From: an uncultured Planctomycetaceae bacterium
GTDB taxonomy: Bacteria > Planctomycetota > Planctomycetia > Pirellulales > PALSA-1355
Direction of reading: 5' to 3'
Length of the DNA: 64,000 bases
Assembly: GCA_963785305.1 (NCBI GenBank)
Contig: CAWAUV010000004.1
Location: forward strand, 384,001-448,000
Below are positions 12,455-28,323 of this stretch, one piece after another; position 1 is the first letter of the stretch; the number at the start of each line of letters is the position of its first letter. The position numbers and the translations under genes are program-made. Under the pieces are notes generated by a model. That model saw only the letters and a program-made list of their open reading frames with translations, was not told the origin of the DNA and made no database searches.

Positions 12455-12722
12455 ATGGCAAAGCGGCGTTCGACGAATAAACGAACTTCCAAGTCAGAAT
12501 GCGACGCAGCCCAGTTGCACGTTCGAGGAATTGCGGGCCCTTGGCGTCCTAACACTGAGCTTCGGGGATCATAAGATCGGCGAAATCGAGCCGAAGGTAT
12601 TCAGCACGGGCAGCTACGGACTGGGATTCAGCGGACCAGCTTCGATTCCCTTGCCAGAGGGCGGCGTGGCCGAGTGCCAGTGCAGCATCAACATCGTCGT
12701 AAAAAACAGCAAGAATGGCTGA
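12455..12722 (+). CDS. Small protein with a KxFSTGSxG motif, probably frameshifted near ~12500
   Basis: ATG at 12455 (MAKRRSTNK..) is in a different frame from ..EPKVFSTGSYGLGFSG..CQCSINIVVKNSK (12531..12722). The motif resembles a conserved small planctomycete family. Confidence 0.55.
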
Positions 12723-12836
12723 CGGGAACTCGGCAATTCGCCGTGGCGCTGGGTAATCCGTTCTACTTCGAACTTTTGGCTCTTCCGGTTTTGAGTGCAA
12801 GTAGCCCAGATGAATTGCGCCGGGCGAAGGAAATCA

Positions 12837-12953
12837 AAAGGGACGCAACTCATTATTGCCAGACAGCGCGCCGACAGGGCCTTGAGTCGTCTCTGCGTCC
12901 CCGCAGCCGGCCCTTGAACCACCCAAACTCAAATTAATGAACTGCGTCCCTTT
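12837..12953. mobile_element. Miniature inverted-repeat element, family C
   Basis: aaagggacgcaactcatta ... taatgaactgcgtcccttt, 17/19 inverted match, intergenic. Confidence 0.6.
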
Positions 12954-13085
12954 GTTTTCCCCGGCTCGAACTCTGATCGGCCTCGGGGTTCGCCGCCTTC
13001 CAATGGACCGATCAGCGCGGCGCCGTAACAATGGAGCGGCTTCGGAAGTTCCGCGACGTTATTGCATTTGGGAGCCATTCGCGAC

Positions 13086-13559
13086 ATGACCCGGTGCGTG
13101 ATTCGATATCTGCTGGTCCTCTTGGTCGGTTTCTGGCTCGGCGGGCTGACTTTTTACTCGCTCGTGGTGATTCCGATCGGCGAGGATATCGTCGGTGGCG
13201 CCACGCAGGGCTTCGTCACCGGACAGGTGACGACCTGCCTGAACTGGATCGGGGCGGCCTGCTTACTGGCCCTGCTGCGGAATGTAGCACGGTCGCGCGA
13301 GCGGCTGCTCCAGGGAGCTTGGATCACGATGGCGGCCTGTCAGGCGATTCTTTTTATCCTGCATCCGCGGCTCGATCACATGCTCGACGCCAAGACGCTC
13401 ACGGTCGTTGATCCAAGCAGCTTCGAGCCCCTGCACTGGCTCTATGTCGGCATAACGGGCCTCGAATGGCTGGGCGGACTGGTATGCGTGTGGCTGCTCG
13501 TCAACGGAACCCGGCGCGCGACGCCGACAAGAATCGGCGATGGCGAGGCGTTGTCGTAG
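13086..13559 (+). CDS. Four-TM membrane protein (DUF4149-like)
   Basis: FWLGGLTFYSLVVIPIG..QGFVTGQVT..LHPRLD..LHWLY. Confidence 0.65.
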   Translation: MTRCVIRYLLVLLVGFWLGGLTFYSLVVIPIGEDIVGGATQGFVTGQVTTCLNWIGAACLLALLRNVARSRERLLQGAWITMAACQAILFILHPRLDHMLDAKTLTVVDPSSFEPLHWLYVGITGLEWLGGLVCVWLLVNGTRRATPTRIGDGEALS

Positions 13560-13672
13560 AGCGTCGGTGGGCCCATCACCCTGCCCGCTCCCGCGCTCTG
13601 CCTGCTCTCTCCCTGGCGCCGGCGCTCGCCCCGCGCTCTCCCAGGGGAGAGGGGTTTTTTTATGCCTATCCG

Positions 13673-16293
<2,621 letters not shown>

Positions 16294-16423
16294 AATGCGC
16301 GATTCCTGTCGACTTAAAGTTTTCGCAAAAATGACGAAAACGTTAAGCTATCCGCTCGTGCGCATGCGTGCAACCGTCGTTTGAATCCCAGGGAGGCATG
16401 CAACTTCGGTCGCCGCGCGGCCT

Positions 16424-16463
16424 GTTGAAAAATGCCCTCGTGGCCCTCGGAGCATTTTTTAAC
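16424..16463. terminator. Hairpin gttgaaaaatgc..gcattttttaac downstream of the 16488 gene
   Basis: Imperfect 12-bp inverted repeat. Could also be a degenerate IS-end-like miniature repeat. Confidence 0.4.
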
Positions 16464-16487
16464 CTCGCCCCGCGCCGAGCGAGCCGA

Positions 16488-16793
16488 TCAATAGGTGATC
16501 GGTGAATTGCCGGGCGCCGGAGTGGGGGGCGCGTGCTGCGAGTTCAAATGCTCGTGAAATCGCCGCTGATGATGAAACAGCAGCCCCAGAAACGCGATGC
16601 CCATGCCCACGAGCGCCATGATCAGCAGCGTCACCAGCACGAGCATCATCGGCCGCGTGCCATAAAGGTAATCCGTGTCGGGCACGAACACCGTGGCCGG
16701 GTAGTCTTGAAAGCGAATGCCATAGCCCAAACCGATTAGGCCCAGGCCCACGAGTGCGCCGGCCGTAATGATTGCTCCACACAAAGCTCGCAT
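16488..16793 (-). CDS. Small two-TM membrane protein
   Basis: Two hydrophobic segments, then a His/Arg-rich tail HHQRRFHEH. RBS gagg. Confidence 0.6.
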   Translation of the reverse strand: MRALCGAIITAGALVGLGLIGLGYGIRFQDYPATVFVPDTDYLYGTRPMMLVLVTLLIMALVGMGIAFLGLLFHHQRRFHEHLNSQHAPPTPAPGNSPITY

Positions 16794-16929
16794 GGTAGAC
16801 CTCGAAGAAATGCTGAAGGTGATTGATCTTTAAGGGGGAGTCCGTTGCTTGGTTGCCGGCGGTCTTGGCTTTCATCGATCCATCGCCGAGCGTTTCGGCT
16901 TTCGTCGATCGATGGCCAAGCCGTTCGGC

Positions 16930-17094
16930 TCAGTGGCCGATCATTCGCAGGCAACCGGCCATGACCATGATGATGCCGGCGATCACGATCAAGAAGCTGC
17001 TGCACCCGCAGCCTGCCCATGGCCCGCTTGGACCCGAGGGCGAGATATAACTTCCACCACCGCCTAGCAGCGGTCCCGCGGGTCCGAAACTCAT
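16930..17094 (-). CDS. Small single-TM protein with Gly/Cys-rich N-terminus
   Basis: MSFGPAGP..GCGCSSFLIVIAGIIMVMAGCLRM. RBS aaggag. Confidence 0.6.
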   Translation of the reverse strand: MSFGPAGPLLGGGGSYISPSGPSGPWAGCGCSSFLIVIAGIIMVMAGCLRMIGH

Positions 17095-17476
17095 GGTTGC
17101 GACTCCTTGTGAAATGGGCAAAGTAAAATAAAGTTCGCCGCACAATCAAAAGACGACCGACGCCTAAAATCAACTCCGCCGCTCGCCAGTTCAACGATCC
17201 ACGCGTCGGCGAAAAGCGTCGGATCAGGCCGCCGCCGTGGATCGCCCCCCGTCGATCGGGGCATTATGGAGCAATTCCGACGCCGGGGTGTCCAGTAGGC
17301 AAACGCCATGCCTGTTTGCCTAATTTATCAACTTTGGCGGCGAATGTCGCAAGGTGCGGCTACGATTTCTCGGGGCCGATCTTTTTGTCCGCATCAAATG
17401 GCAATAGCCGTGGTGGCGGCAGAGCCAGTGCGGTCGCCGCGCGTTCTTTAGCCGCCGACCGTCCCGGGCTTATGGA

Positions 17477-17545
17477 CTATCCGAGAACATCGGTGGCCCT
17501 CACCGTGCCCACTCCCACGCGGGGAGAGGGGGATTCTTCGGATAG
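17477..17545 (-). mobile_element. Miniature inverted-repeat element, family A (copy 2)
   Basis: ctatccgagaac...tcggatag. Aligns end to end with the reverse complement of 44141-44212. Confidence 0.75.
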
Positions 17546-17791
17546 ACCTTGAATGGCTGCATGCAACTTGGGTCAGCGGGCGTTGGCGCGGTCGGCGGGC
17601 TCGGCGGGCGGTGAAAGCCGATCGGTATGGGGCAATTCTCCGTGCCGTGCTAGGATGCCGCTACTCTGGGCTAGCGTGGTAAGCTTGAAGGCAACTGGGC
17701 GTGTGGGAGTCCGCTTCCGGCGGCGGAAGCACCGAGAGATCGCGGCGCCCCTTCCCGAGCGATTCCCCAAATTCATGGGAGATGCACGCCT

Positions 17792-19703
<1,912 letters not shown>

Positions 19704-19775
19704 AGTGACGGTTTCGTCGACCCGCTGCCCGAGCGCGCGGGAATCGGCCTGGTGGGAAAGGGCGCGGTCGCTTTC

Positions 19776-20734
19776 GTGAAAATCATCACCGATCTCAAGG
19801 CTCTCGACGCGAGCCTCCGATCTGGCGCGGTGTCGATCGGCAATTTCGATGGCGTGCATCTCGGCCATGCCCGGATCGTCGCGCGGCTCAAGACGCTGGC
19901 GGCTCGCGTGGGCGGGCCGGCCGTGGTGTTTACCTTCGATCCGCACCCGGTGCGGCTATTGAGGCCCGAGCGCGCCCGGCGCCGCTGACCTGGACCGATC
20001 GCAAGGCCGAGCTCCTGGCCGCCCTAGGCGTCGACGCGATGATCGCCTACCCGACCGACGCGGCCCTCCTGCGGCTCGCGCCCGAAGAGTTTTTCGACCA
20101 GATCGTTGGCCGGGCGCTCGATGCGCGGGCGATTGTCGAGGGGCCCAATTTTTATTTCGGCCATGCGCGGGCCGGCGATATTCATACCCTGGGCCAATTG
20201 ACCGCCAAGGCCCAAATCATGCTCGACGTGGTCGAGCCGTTTTACGAGGGCGGCCAGCCGGTGTCGAGCTCTCGTGTGCGCGAGGCGATTGCCCAGGGCG
20301 ATGTCGACTCGGCCAACCGGCTGCTTACGGCGCCCTATCGAGTGCGCGGCATGGTGGTGCATGGCGCCGGCCGCGGCGCCGGGATCGGATTTCCCACCGC
20401 CAATCTCGACGCCATCGACACCCTCCTGCCAGGAGCGGGCGTGTATGCCGGCGGCTGCGAGATCGGCGGCAAAACCTGGGCGGCGGCGATCCATATCGGG
20501 CCAAACCCCACATTTGGCGAAGCGCGAATGAAAGTGGAAGTCCATGTGATCGACTTCCAAGGGACGTTGTGTCACCAGCCGCTTGAGGTAGACTTTCTCT
20601 GTCGCCTGCGAGATGTCGCACGCTTCGAGAGCGTCGGCGCACTGATCGAGCAGCTCAAGGTCGATGTGCGTCGCGCCCGTGAATTTGTCGCGAATCGTGG
20701 CGGGGATGCTGTTTCGGCGAGTAACTCGGATTAA
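19776..20734 (+). CDS. ribF: Bifunctional riboflavin kinase/FAD synthetase (indel near ~19980)
   Basis: IGNFDGVHLGH, TFDPHP, VSSSRVR, GFPTAN, GPNPTF, EVHVIDF. Confidence 0.93.
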
Positions 20735-20764
20735 TAAAGCGGCTGGTGTAAAGAAAGACATGGT

Positions 20765-21829
20765 ATGACACAAACCCCCTCGGGCGCCAGCTCCACCACG
20801 ATGCCCTCGAAGGCCACTCCCGCGACCAGCACGTCCCGGGCGATCGATTGGCCGCGCTTCCGCGAGTTGATTTCCCGCCATCAGCGTTTTCTGCTCACCA
20901 GCCACATTCGCCCCGACTGCGACGCGCTCGGCAGTGAATTGGGCATGGCCGGAGTGCTGCGAGCCCTGGGCAAGCAGGTCATCATCGTCAACGGCCAGGC
21001 GACTCCGCCGAGCCTCGCATTCATCGATCCTCGCCGCGAACTCCAGGCGCTCGACGTGGATGTGATGCCCGAAGACCTGACCGAGATCGACGCCTTGATG
21101 ATTCTCGACACCAGCGCCTGGGCCCAGCTTGGGCCCATGGCCGCCGTGGTGCGGTCGACCAAGGCGCAAAAGATCGTGCTCGACCATCATGTGGGCGAAG
21201 ACGATTTGGGCGCCGAACTATTCAAGGACACGCAGGCCGAAGCCGCGGGCCGGCTCGTGGTCGACGCGGCGCGGGAACTGGGGGCGCCGCTCGACGCCGA
21301 GATTGCCCGACCTCTGTTTGCCGCCATCGCCACCGATACCGGCTGGTTTCGCTTCGGCTCGACCACGCCCACCACGATGCGAACCGCGGCGGCGCTGATC
21401 GAGGCGGGCGCCCGGCCGAGCGAGCTGTATAACCTGCTATACGAGCAAGAAACCCTGGCGCGGCTCAATCTTCGCGGTCGCATCTTGGCCCGAGTGCGCA
21501 CGGAGCTCGACGGCCGGCTCGCGCACACATCGGCCTTGCGCGAGGATTTCGACGCCACCGGCGCCCTGCCCTCCGACACCGAAGACGTGATCAATCTCAC
21601 ATTTGGCGTGGCCGGCACGCTCGTGGCCGCGATTTTGGTCGAGCAACCGACCGGCGGATTCAAAATCAGCTTCCGCAGCCGGATCGCGGGCGTCGATTGC
21701 AATGTGCTCGCCAAGACATTTGGCGGCGGCGGGCACAAAGCGGCCGCCGGCGCTTTTCTCGCGGAGCCTTTCGAGACGCCCAATCCAAAGTGCTGGGAGT
21801 TGCTCGCGACGCGCTCCAAGTGGCTCTGA
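20765..21829 (+). CDS. nrnA: DHH/DHHA1 phosphoesterase (NrnA-like oligoribonuclease/pAp phosphatase)
   Basis: HIRPDCDALGS, LDHH, TDTGWF, SFRS, GGGGHKAAAGA. Confidence 0.85.
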   Translation: MTQTPSGASSTTMPSKATPATSTSRAIDWPRFRELISRHQRFLLTSHIRPDCDALGSELGMAGVLRALGKQVIIVNGQATPPSLAFIDPRRELQALDVDVMPEDLTEIDALMILDTSAWAQLGPMAAVVRSTKAQKIVLDHHVGEDDLGAELFKDTQAEAAGRLVVDAARELGAPLDAEIARPLFAAIATDTGWFRFGSTTPTTMRTAAALIEAGARPSELYNLLYEQETLARLNLRGRILARVRTELDGRLAHTSALREDFDATGALPSDTEDVINLTFGVAGTLVAAILVEQPTGGFKISFRSRIAGVDCNVLAKTFGGGGHKAAAGAFLAEPFETPNPKCWELLATRSKWL

Positions 21830-21928
21830 CCGCCGCGCCGCCGGCCTAGTCGCGGCCCATTTTACGATCAACCCTCATCAATGCGGGCAACGGTTCCGAT
21901 TCACCCGCGGAAAGGTTCGACACTGCTC

Positions 21929-22135
21929 ATGGCCCATCACCCGCAACACGACCACAAGCATGGCGATCCGGCGGCGCATTCCAAACGGCGCGGCCTGCAC
22001 AAAGACTGGCGAACGTGGCTCGTGGTGCTCTTAATGCTCGGCGCGATGGCGATCTATGTGATGTCGGGCGACGAGTGCGCGGGCCCCTCGGGCGCTCCGA
22101 TGCCCGCCGCCCCGGGGCCAGCCGCGGGGCCGTGA
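21929..22135 (+). CDS. Small single-TM protein with His-rich N-terminus
   Basis: MAHHPQHDHKHG..LHKDWRTWLVVLLMLGAMAIYVMSGDE. Confidence 0.6.
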   Translation: MAHHPQHDHKHGDPAAHSKRRGLHKDWRTWLVVLLMLGAMAIYVMSGDECAGPSGAPMPAAPGPAAGP

Positions 22136-22201
22136 TGCACCCGCGAGGTCGATGGCGCTGAGAACCCTAATGCGATGCTCGATTGATCACCCCAAAAAGG
22201 C

Positions 22202-22277
22202 GATGCCCACGCAAGCGTGGGCATCGCACGAGAGCAAAACGGGGTTACCCAAAATTTCAGCTGTGACAAAGCACTAG
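22202..22277 (+). mobile_element. Miniature element family B, partial copy (REP hairpin plus right TIR)
   Basis: gatgcccacgcaagcgtgggcatc hairpin and atttcagctgtgacaaagcactag, matching 61978-62001. Confidence 0.7.
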
Positions 22278-23208
22278 ACGCCGATTCGGCGGGATCGCTT
22301 TCGCACGGCACAGGCGCCAACGACCATCAGGGCGATCGTGACCAGGGCCGCGCTGCTCGGCTCGGGCACGCTGGAAAGTGTCGCCTGGGCGAAATACGCC
22401 GTGGCGCCAGAGCCGGTGAATCCCGCGCTGATATAGGGCGACAGCGTGCCGATGTCGGAGGTCGTGGCGGTCGTCAGATTCAAGATGGCGCTCACGGCGC
22501 CACCCGCCAGCGTTTGCGAGACATCGGCTGAATTGTACACGGTCGGCGTGATCGCCACATTGTTGTTCGACCCGTTGATCCCCGTGATTTGCAACGAAAC
22601 CAAATACGTGGAATTCGCGGTCATGGAGCTCGCCGCGAGCAACGTTTCCGAGGTGAGCGAGCTATTCGAGGCGTTTGAGTTGTAGAACAGCGTCAGGGCG
22701 CCGTTGACATAGCCCACATCGAACCCGGCGTTGGGCGGCGTCAGGGCATAGCCGCCGCTTTCGCCGGCCTGCACCTTATTGAAACCGAAATACGTCTCGG
22801 CACTGTAGCTGGTCGATGATTCCTGCGTGAGCACGCTAAAATTCAGCGTCGGACTGGCATTGGTCACGCCGCTCGCGAGATCGCGAAACTGCACCCGAAT
22901 ATTGGAATTGCCCAACGATTGAATGCTTCCGGTGGAAGTAACGCTGGTCTGCGGGTTCGTAAGTCCGGTCGACGATACGGTAAAAGCGCCGGTCCCCGAA
23001 TCCCAGGTCGACGACGCGGCGTAGCCGGTCGTGCCGCCCGTGGCGCCTTGGCCGCCGATCGACGTGCCCGCCGTATAGTAGCCGGCCCCGGAATCGAAAG
23101 CGTCGGAATATAATAATCCCGCCGATGCCGTGCGCTCGATCTAACCGCGAGCCAAGCCAAACAGAGGCCCGTGCCAAGGATAAATTGGAATGAGAGGCGT
23201 CGATTCAT
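22274..23208 (-). CDS. PEP-CTERM sorting-domain surface protein (several indels in the 5' third)
   Basis: Signal peptide MNRRLSFQFILGTGLCLAWLA, Ser/Thr/Asn-rich body, C-terminal SVPEPSS-TM-RKRSRR. Confidence 0.8.
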
Positions 23209-23428
23209 CGTCTCCGGTCCAAAACTTTGGGTTTGACTGCGCCCGAGGGCCGAGTGGGCCAGCCGAAGTGTCGTATGACTGGTGGGAGTTGTAATTGCCG
23301 CAAAACACGCTTTCAAGGGAAAGTTTAGAAAACCCGGAAATTAAAAACGATTTCGCCAGCGTCGCGGCGAAAAGGAATGTGAATGATTCCCGCCGTGTTC
23401 TTGCGTCCCTGCAACGCGAAAAGCGATT

Positions 23429-24578
23429 TCAGCGGCGCGGCGCGGAGTTGAGCGGCATCGGCGCGGTGGCGGTGATCGGGACCATCTTCGTCGGCGGCTG
23501 GCCGTTTTCGATGGGCGTCACCGGCGGCAAGCGCACAAGGGTTTCCCCGCCGCTGGGAAGGACATTCGCAGGCAGCGGCTGCTGGAGCGCGAGCTCAAGA
23601 AACTTCGGCAACATCGCCACGAGCTCCCGGGTAAAGTCGTCGGAAGCCAGCGGCTCGACCTCGCCGATGAAGAGCTTGAACTTCGACGACTCGATCGTGT
23701 CGGTGTCGGAGAGAATCGAATGCTTCGCCTTGAACACGGTCTCGCCATCGGGCGTGATCAGGCGAATTACGCTGCCCTCCTCGAGCGCCGCTTTCTTGCG
23801 AAAAATCCCCACTCGCAGCCGCACCGCCACCGCCAGATCGGCCCCGCTGTCGCGCAGCACAAGCTGCTCGACCGCCAGCCGGGAGCTGTTTTTTTGCGTG
23901 ACCACTCCCGAGCCGGGCGCGGCGACCATGTGGGTGCGGAGCACGGTGCCGGTGTCGCTGCCGATCGGGTTGAGCAACAGCGCGAAGGGCGATTTCAGCT
24001 TGGGTTGGATATGCAGGTCGGCATAGTGCGAGCTCGAGCGGGCTCGTTCCAACGGCATCATCAACACGCCCCGGCGGGTGAAGTCGATCTCGAATGCCTC
24101 GAGGAACGATTCGCGCCAAATGCTGCTGCTGCTCTTCGGCCAATCGCGAATTCTTGCGCCCGAGCCCCGCCACATTGGCGCACACTCCCGCGCCAAACGC
24201 CACGAACTCGAGCGGCGTGATTGGGCCGGTGATCAGGGGCGGCGGATTGATGGCCATTTGCCGTTGGAATGGCCCCTGGGCTTGCAGGTCGATCAGCTCG
24301 ACGCCGAACTCGGTGAGCAACACCGTTTTGCCCGGCGCCAGCAAGGTCGGAGCGTCGCCCGACCCGGTCTGTTTCCAGTAGCCCACCGGGAGCACTTCGC
24401 GCGCGGGCTGCGACACGGAATACGACGTCGCGGCCGGCTCGGGCACGATGCTCGACGCCGGCTTGGGCGCGGTCAAGCAGCCGCACGTCAGGCACAAGAC
24501 CAGGGCCGCGAGCAGCGCCCTTCGAGCGCTTCGCGGAGGCGTCGCCGCTGGCGGGCTATTGCGCGACGCGTCGTGCAT
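23429..24578 (-). CDS. Putative lipoprotein (indel near ~24115)
   Basis: Signal with lipobox-like RRALLAALVLCLTCGC. Continues in ORF 23429..24196. Start is just after the upstream gene's stop. Confidence 0.6.
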
Positions 24579-24588
24579 GACATCGCCT

Positions 24589-26114
24589 TTAGCGGCCCAG
24601 TTGATTGATGAGGAACGATGTGTTGTCGGCCACATCGAACAGTGGACGGAAGGGGTTCAAGCTGGCAAGCGCGGTGTGATAGCCGGGGTAGTACACCAAA
24701 TTGAGCGAAAGAGTCCAGTACTGATCGGTGAGCGCGTCGCCCAGAGTCGAGCCGCGCGGGAAAATGAAATTGAAGTTGCTCTGAAAGGCCCAGTGCGTGG
24801 TGAGAGGCGAGGTGCCGTCGCCGCCGAAGATCACGTCGCCATCGTTATCCATGCCGGCCCAGAGCCGCCCATAGCCGATGCCATGCACGCGGCGACGGTA
24901 GTAGGCCAGATATTGATCGTAGGCTTGCCACTGGATCGGCTTGCCGGTAATCGGCGAAATCTTATTCGAGTTGTCGGTGTGAAACATGCCCATGAGACCG
25001 ATTTCATGCACTTTACCCACGAGGCTGATCTCGGCTCGAATCTGGTCCAGGTCGCTCTTCGAGTACCAATCGTCGTGCAAGTAATCCGTGACCACGCCCG
25101 CTTGCCAGCCACGGCCATTGAGTGGCCGGCGATAAAAACCGCTCGTCAAGAAGAACTGATTGCGATGCGCGTCTTGCCCCGAGCCGCCCGAGAGATCGCT
25201 ATGTACTCCCTGGGCGCCGGTTTGGTGCGAAAAGCCCCATTTTTGCACGAGCGGAATCGACCAGTTGAAGCCTTCGTGAAAGCCAAAGTTGCTGCCTTGC
25301 CCTTCGTCGACCGGTCCCTTGAATCCCTGAAAGCCGCCAAACAGCACGAAGTTCGTATACGACCAGTGGTTAATCAGATGATTCGGGTCCAGATGCGCCG
25401 GATTGCTATCAATAAACGGAAAGTCATGGTCAAGCCAATACCAAAACCACGAAGGACGCGGCTCCGGCTGCGCGCAATAGCCCGGCGGATCGCAACCCGC
25501 GCCGTTTTCGCCACACGGCGGACACGCGGCCGCATGTTCTTCGAAAGGATCGGCCAGCGGCCCGCCCGCCCCCGGATCGAGGATCGGCCCCGATGCTTGC
25601 CAAGGCGCGCCGCCAGACGCTTCCGCCGGCACGGGTTCGGGAATCGGCTCGATTCGCCGCGACCGGGCGGGCACGGGTAGACCCTGGGTCGGATACATGG
25701 GACCGCCGCTTGGAGGTCCCGGTGAATAGTCACCCGAGGAATCGGACACATAGGGCAGGGCATAGCGCGGCACATGCGCCGGCGGCGCGGCATTTTGCGA
25801 CGCGGCATATTGCGGCGCCACATACTGGGGCGCGACATATCGGGCGCGCCGGTCGGCGGATATGCGGGATAGGCCGCCGTGGGGCCAGTTGGCTGGGAAG
25901 CATCGGGCGGAATCCAGCCGGCAGCCTGGGAAACGCCACCGGCCTGTCGCCGCGCTGGCGGGGCAGGACCCATCCATGAGATCGGCGCCGAGTCGTTATT
26001 GGATGTGGTCGTGGCGCTTGGCGGCGATTGAGCGCGCAGCGGGGGCGCGAGCACGGCGAATTCGCCGAACGAAGCAATCGAGCACAGAGTTAGGATTACA
26101 ACGACTTTTCGCAT
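24589..26114 (-). CDS. Planctomycete secreted outer-membrane beta-barrel-like protein (DUF6666-like), indel near ~25850
   Basis: Signal peptide, Pro-rich linker, then GFQGFKGPVD..NFGFHEGFN..RNQFFLTSG..QIRAEIS..WTLSLNLVYYPG. Confidence 0.7.
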
Positions 26115-26274
26115 TCTAACGCCAGTGGTCTCAACATCGGCAGTTTACCCCCAACTTGCCGATATCGGGGGCGTAGTGTCGCTAAATCCTGCTTAGATTG
26201 CCAGATCGATGTTGGCTATGAGCCCAGCTTGGGGGCCGAAATTTCGGCCCATGCCTCGCCAGCTTGCTAGCGAA

Positions 26275-27425
26275 TCACGCGGCGCCGGCGGCGAGCGCTT
26301 GGTCGAGATCGTTCCAGAGATCGGCATGCGCTTCGAGGCCGACGCTCAGCCGGATCAATCCATCGCCGATGCCATGCGCTTGCCGGCTCGCGCGGTCATA
26401 GCTGGCATGCGACATCGAAGCCGGCTGCTCGATGAGCGACTCGACCGCTCCCAGGCTCACGGCAAGCTGAAAAAGATGCGTCGAATCGACCACTCGCTTG
26501 GCCGCGGCAAAATCGCCGTGAATCTCGAAACTGAGCATCGCGCCGAATGCGCCGTCCATTTGCCGCGCGGCGAGCGCGTGTCCCGAGTGCGCGGGCAGCC
26601 CGGGATAGAGCACCCGCGCGACGCGCGGATCGCCGACCAGCGACTCGGCGAGCCACTGAGCGGTTTTGCTTTGCTCGCGCACTCGCAGTTCGAGAGTCTT
26701 GAGTCCGCGCGAGGCGAGAAATGATTCCCAGGGACCGAGCACTCCGCCGGTGGCGTTTTGAATGAAATAAAGCCGCTTGTGGAGCGCCGGATCGCGCGTC
26801 ACGAGGACTCCGCCCAAAAGGTCGCTGTGGCCGCCGATATATTTCGTGGCCGAGTGCATCACGATATCGGCCCCCAGGGAAAGCGGCCGCGTGAGCACCG
26901 GGGTCGCGAATGTGTTGTCGACTCCCAAGAGGGCCCCATGCACATTCGCCAGCTCGTGCATGCGGCGATGTCGGTGATCGAGAGCAGCGGATTGCCCGGC
27001 GATTCGATCCAGAGAAGCTGAGTTTGCGGCGTGAACGCGCCGGCCAGCGCCTTGAGATCGTTGCTTGGCGCGAGGCTCACCGTGATTCCAGCCCGCGCGG
27101 CGATTTTATGCAGCAGGCGATAAGCGCCGCCATAAATATCCGTGCCGGCGACCACATGATCGCCCGCTTCGAGCAACATCACGGCCGCATGGATCGCGGC
27201 CATGCCCGAGGCAAACGCCAAGGCGCCGACGCCCTCTTCGAGATCGGCGATCGTGGTTTCAAACGCCTTGCGCGTCGGGTTCCCACTACGGGTGTAATCG
27301 TATTCACACCACTCGCCGGCGCCGGGTTGCACGAAAGTCGAGGCGACATGCACCGGCCGCACAATGGCGCCGGTCTGGGGATCGCGCTCATTGCCGACAT
27401 GAATGGCGCGAGTGCGGAATTCCAT
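26275..27425 (-). CDS. metB: Cystathionine gamma-synthase/lyase (Cys/Met PLP family), indel near ~26960
   Basis: YTRSGNPT, FASGMAA, ESPGNP, DNTFATP, HSATKYIGGHSD, SLGAVESL, RLSVGLE. The exact paralog (metB/metC/mccB) is uncertain. Confidence 0.85.
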
Positions 27426-27579
27426 GCTTCAATTGCTCCTCGTCGTTTCAACTCCGACAAAGCACCAATGCGTCGTCAACGCATCATTTGGGGGATTGGG
27501 CGCCGGCGCCCACGCAAGCGGTGGGCGCCGGCGCCCAATTGCGAGCCGCGCCCATGCGCTGGGGGCCTTGAGGAAATCA

Positions 27580-28323
27580 CTATTTCGTGGCGATCGCGCG
27601 GGCCAGCGGCCGAAGCACATTGTCGACCACATGGTTCTCGACCATGTCCTGGCAGACTTGGGTCAGATTGGCGAGCGCTTGCACGAACGTGGTGTCGGGA
27701 CCCAGGCTCCCATATTGCCGCGCCGTGAGATACACGCTGAGTTGGTCTTCAGGATAGTCGCCAGTGCGCACTTGATAGGCGTTGGTGCGAGTCTCGATGC
27801 TCAAGCGGCATTGCACGCGACACTCGTCGTCGAGCGCCAACGTGACCGAGGGCTCGTAGTTGATCGCCGTCGAGCCGGGAACGTCGATCATGCGCTCCAG
27901 CGCCGGGCTCAAGCCGAGCGCCTCGGCGACAAGCTGGTTGTGGTTGCCGCGATAGGTGAAGTCGAAGCCGAACAGCAAGTCGAGCGCTTCGCAATCGAGC
28001 GGACTGAGCGACAGCATATAAGGCGCGAGGTCGAGCACCAGCTTGTGCTGATCAAGCGCCTCGTCGATCGAGGCGGGATTCACCTGGCCCGAACACACGC
28101 GGCGCGACTCGATCGTGCTCCAGCGGTAGGCGCCCTGATCTTTATCTTCCTCGAGGACGAAGTCGCCTTTGTCACGGCAATAGAAGTTCCGCATTGCCGG
28201 ATAGCGTTTTTGGATGCGCTCGAAAAAGTGGAGAATGGTTTCCCGGTTCGTGGGCAATTCCATCTCGGTGCTGAGATTCATGTTCACATAGAAGTCGTCG
28301 CACAGAGCGCTGTATTGATTCAT
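27580..28323 (-). CDS. Conserved planctomycete hypothetical protein
   Basis: Intact 247-aa ORF (MNQYSALCDDFYVNMNL..FGFDFTYRGNHN) with coding-like codon usage. Confidence 0.75.
   Translation of the reverse strand: MNQYSALCDDFYVNMNLSTEMELPTNRETILHFFERIQKRYPAMRNFYCRDKGDFVLEEDKDQGAYRWSTIESRRVCSGQVNPASIDEALDQHKLVLDLAPYMLSLSPLDCEALDLLFGFDFTYRGNHNQLVAEALGLSPALERMIDVPGSTAINYEPSVTLALDDECRVQCRLSIETRTNAYQVRTGDYPEDQLSVYLTARQYGSLGPDTTFVQALANLTQVCQDMVENHVVDNVLRPLARAIATK

Noticed and set aside
17550..17791. glmS ribozyme upstream of glmS
   Set aside because: No recognisable AGCGCC..GACGAGG core; the ribozyme is mainly a Firmicutes feature.
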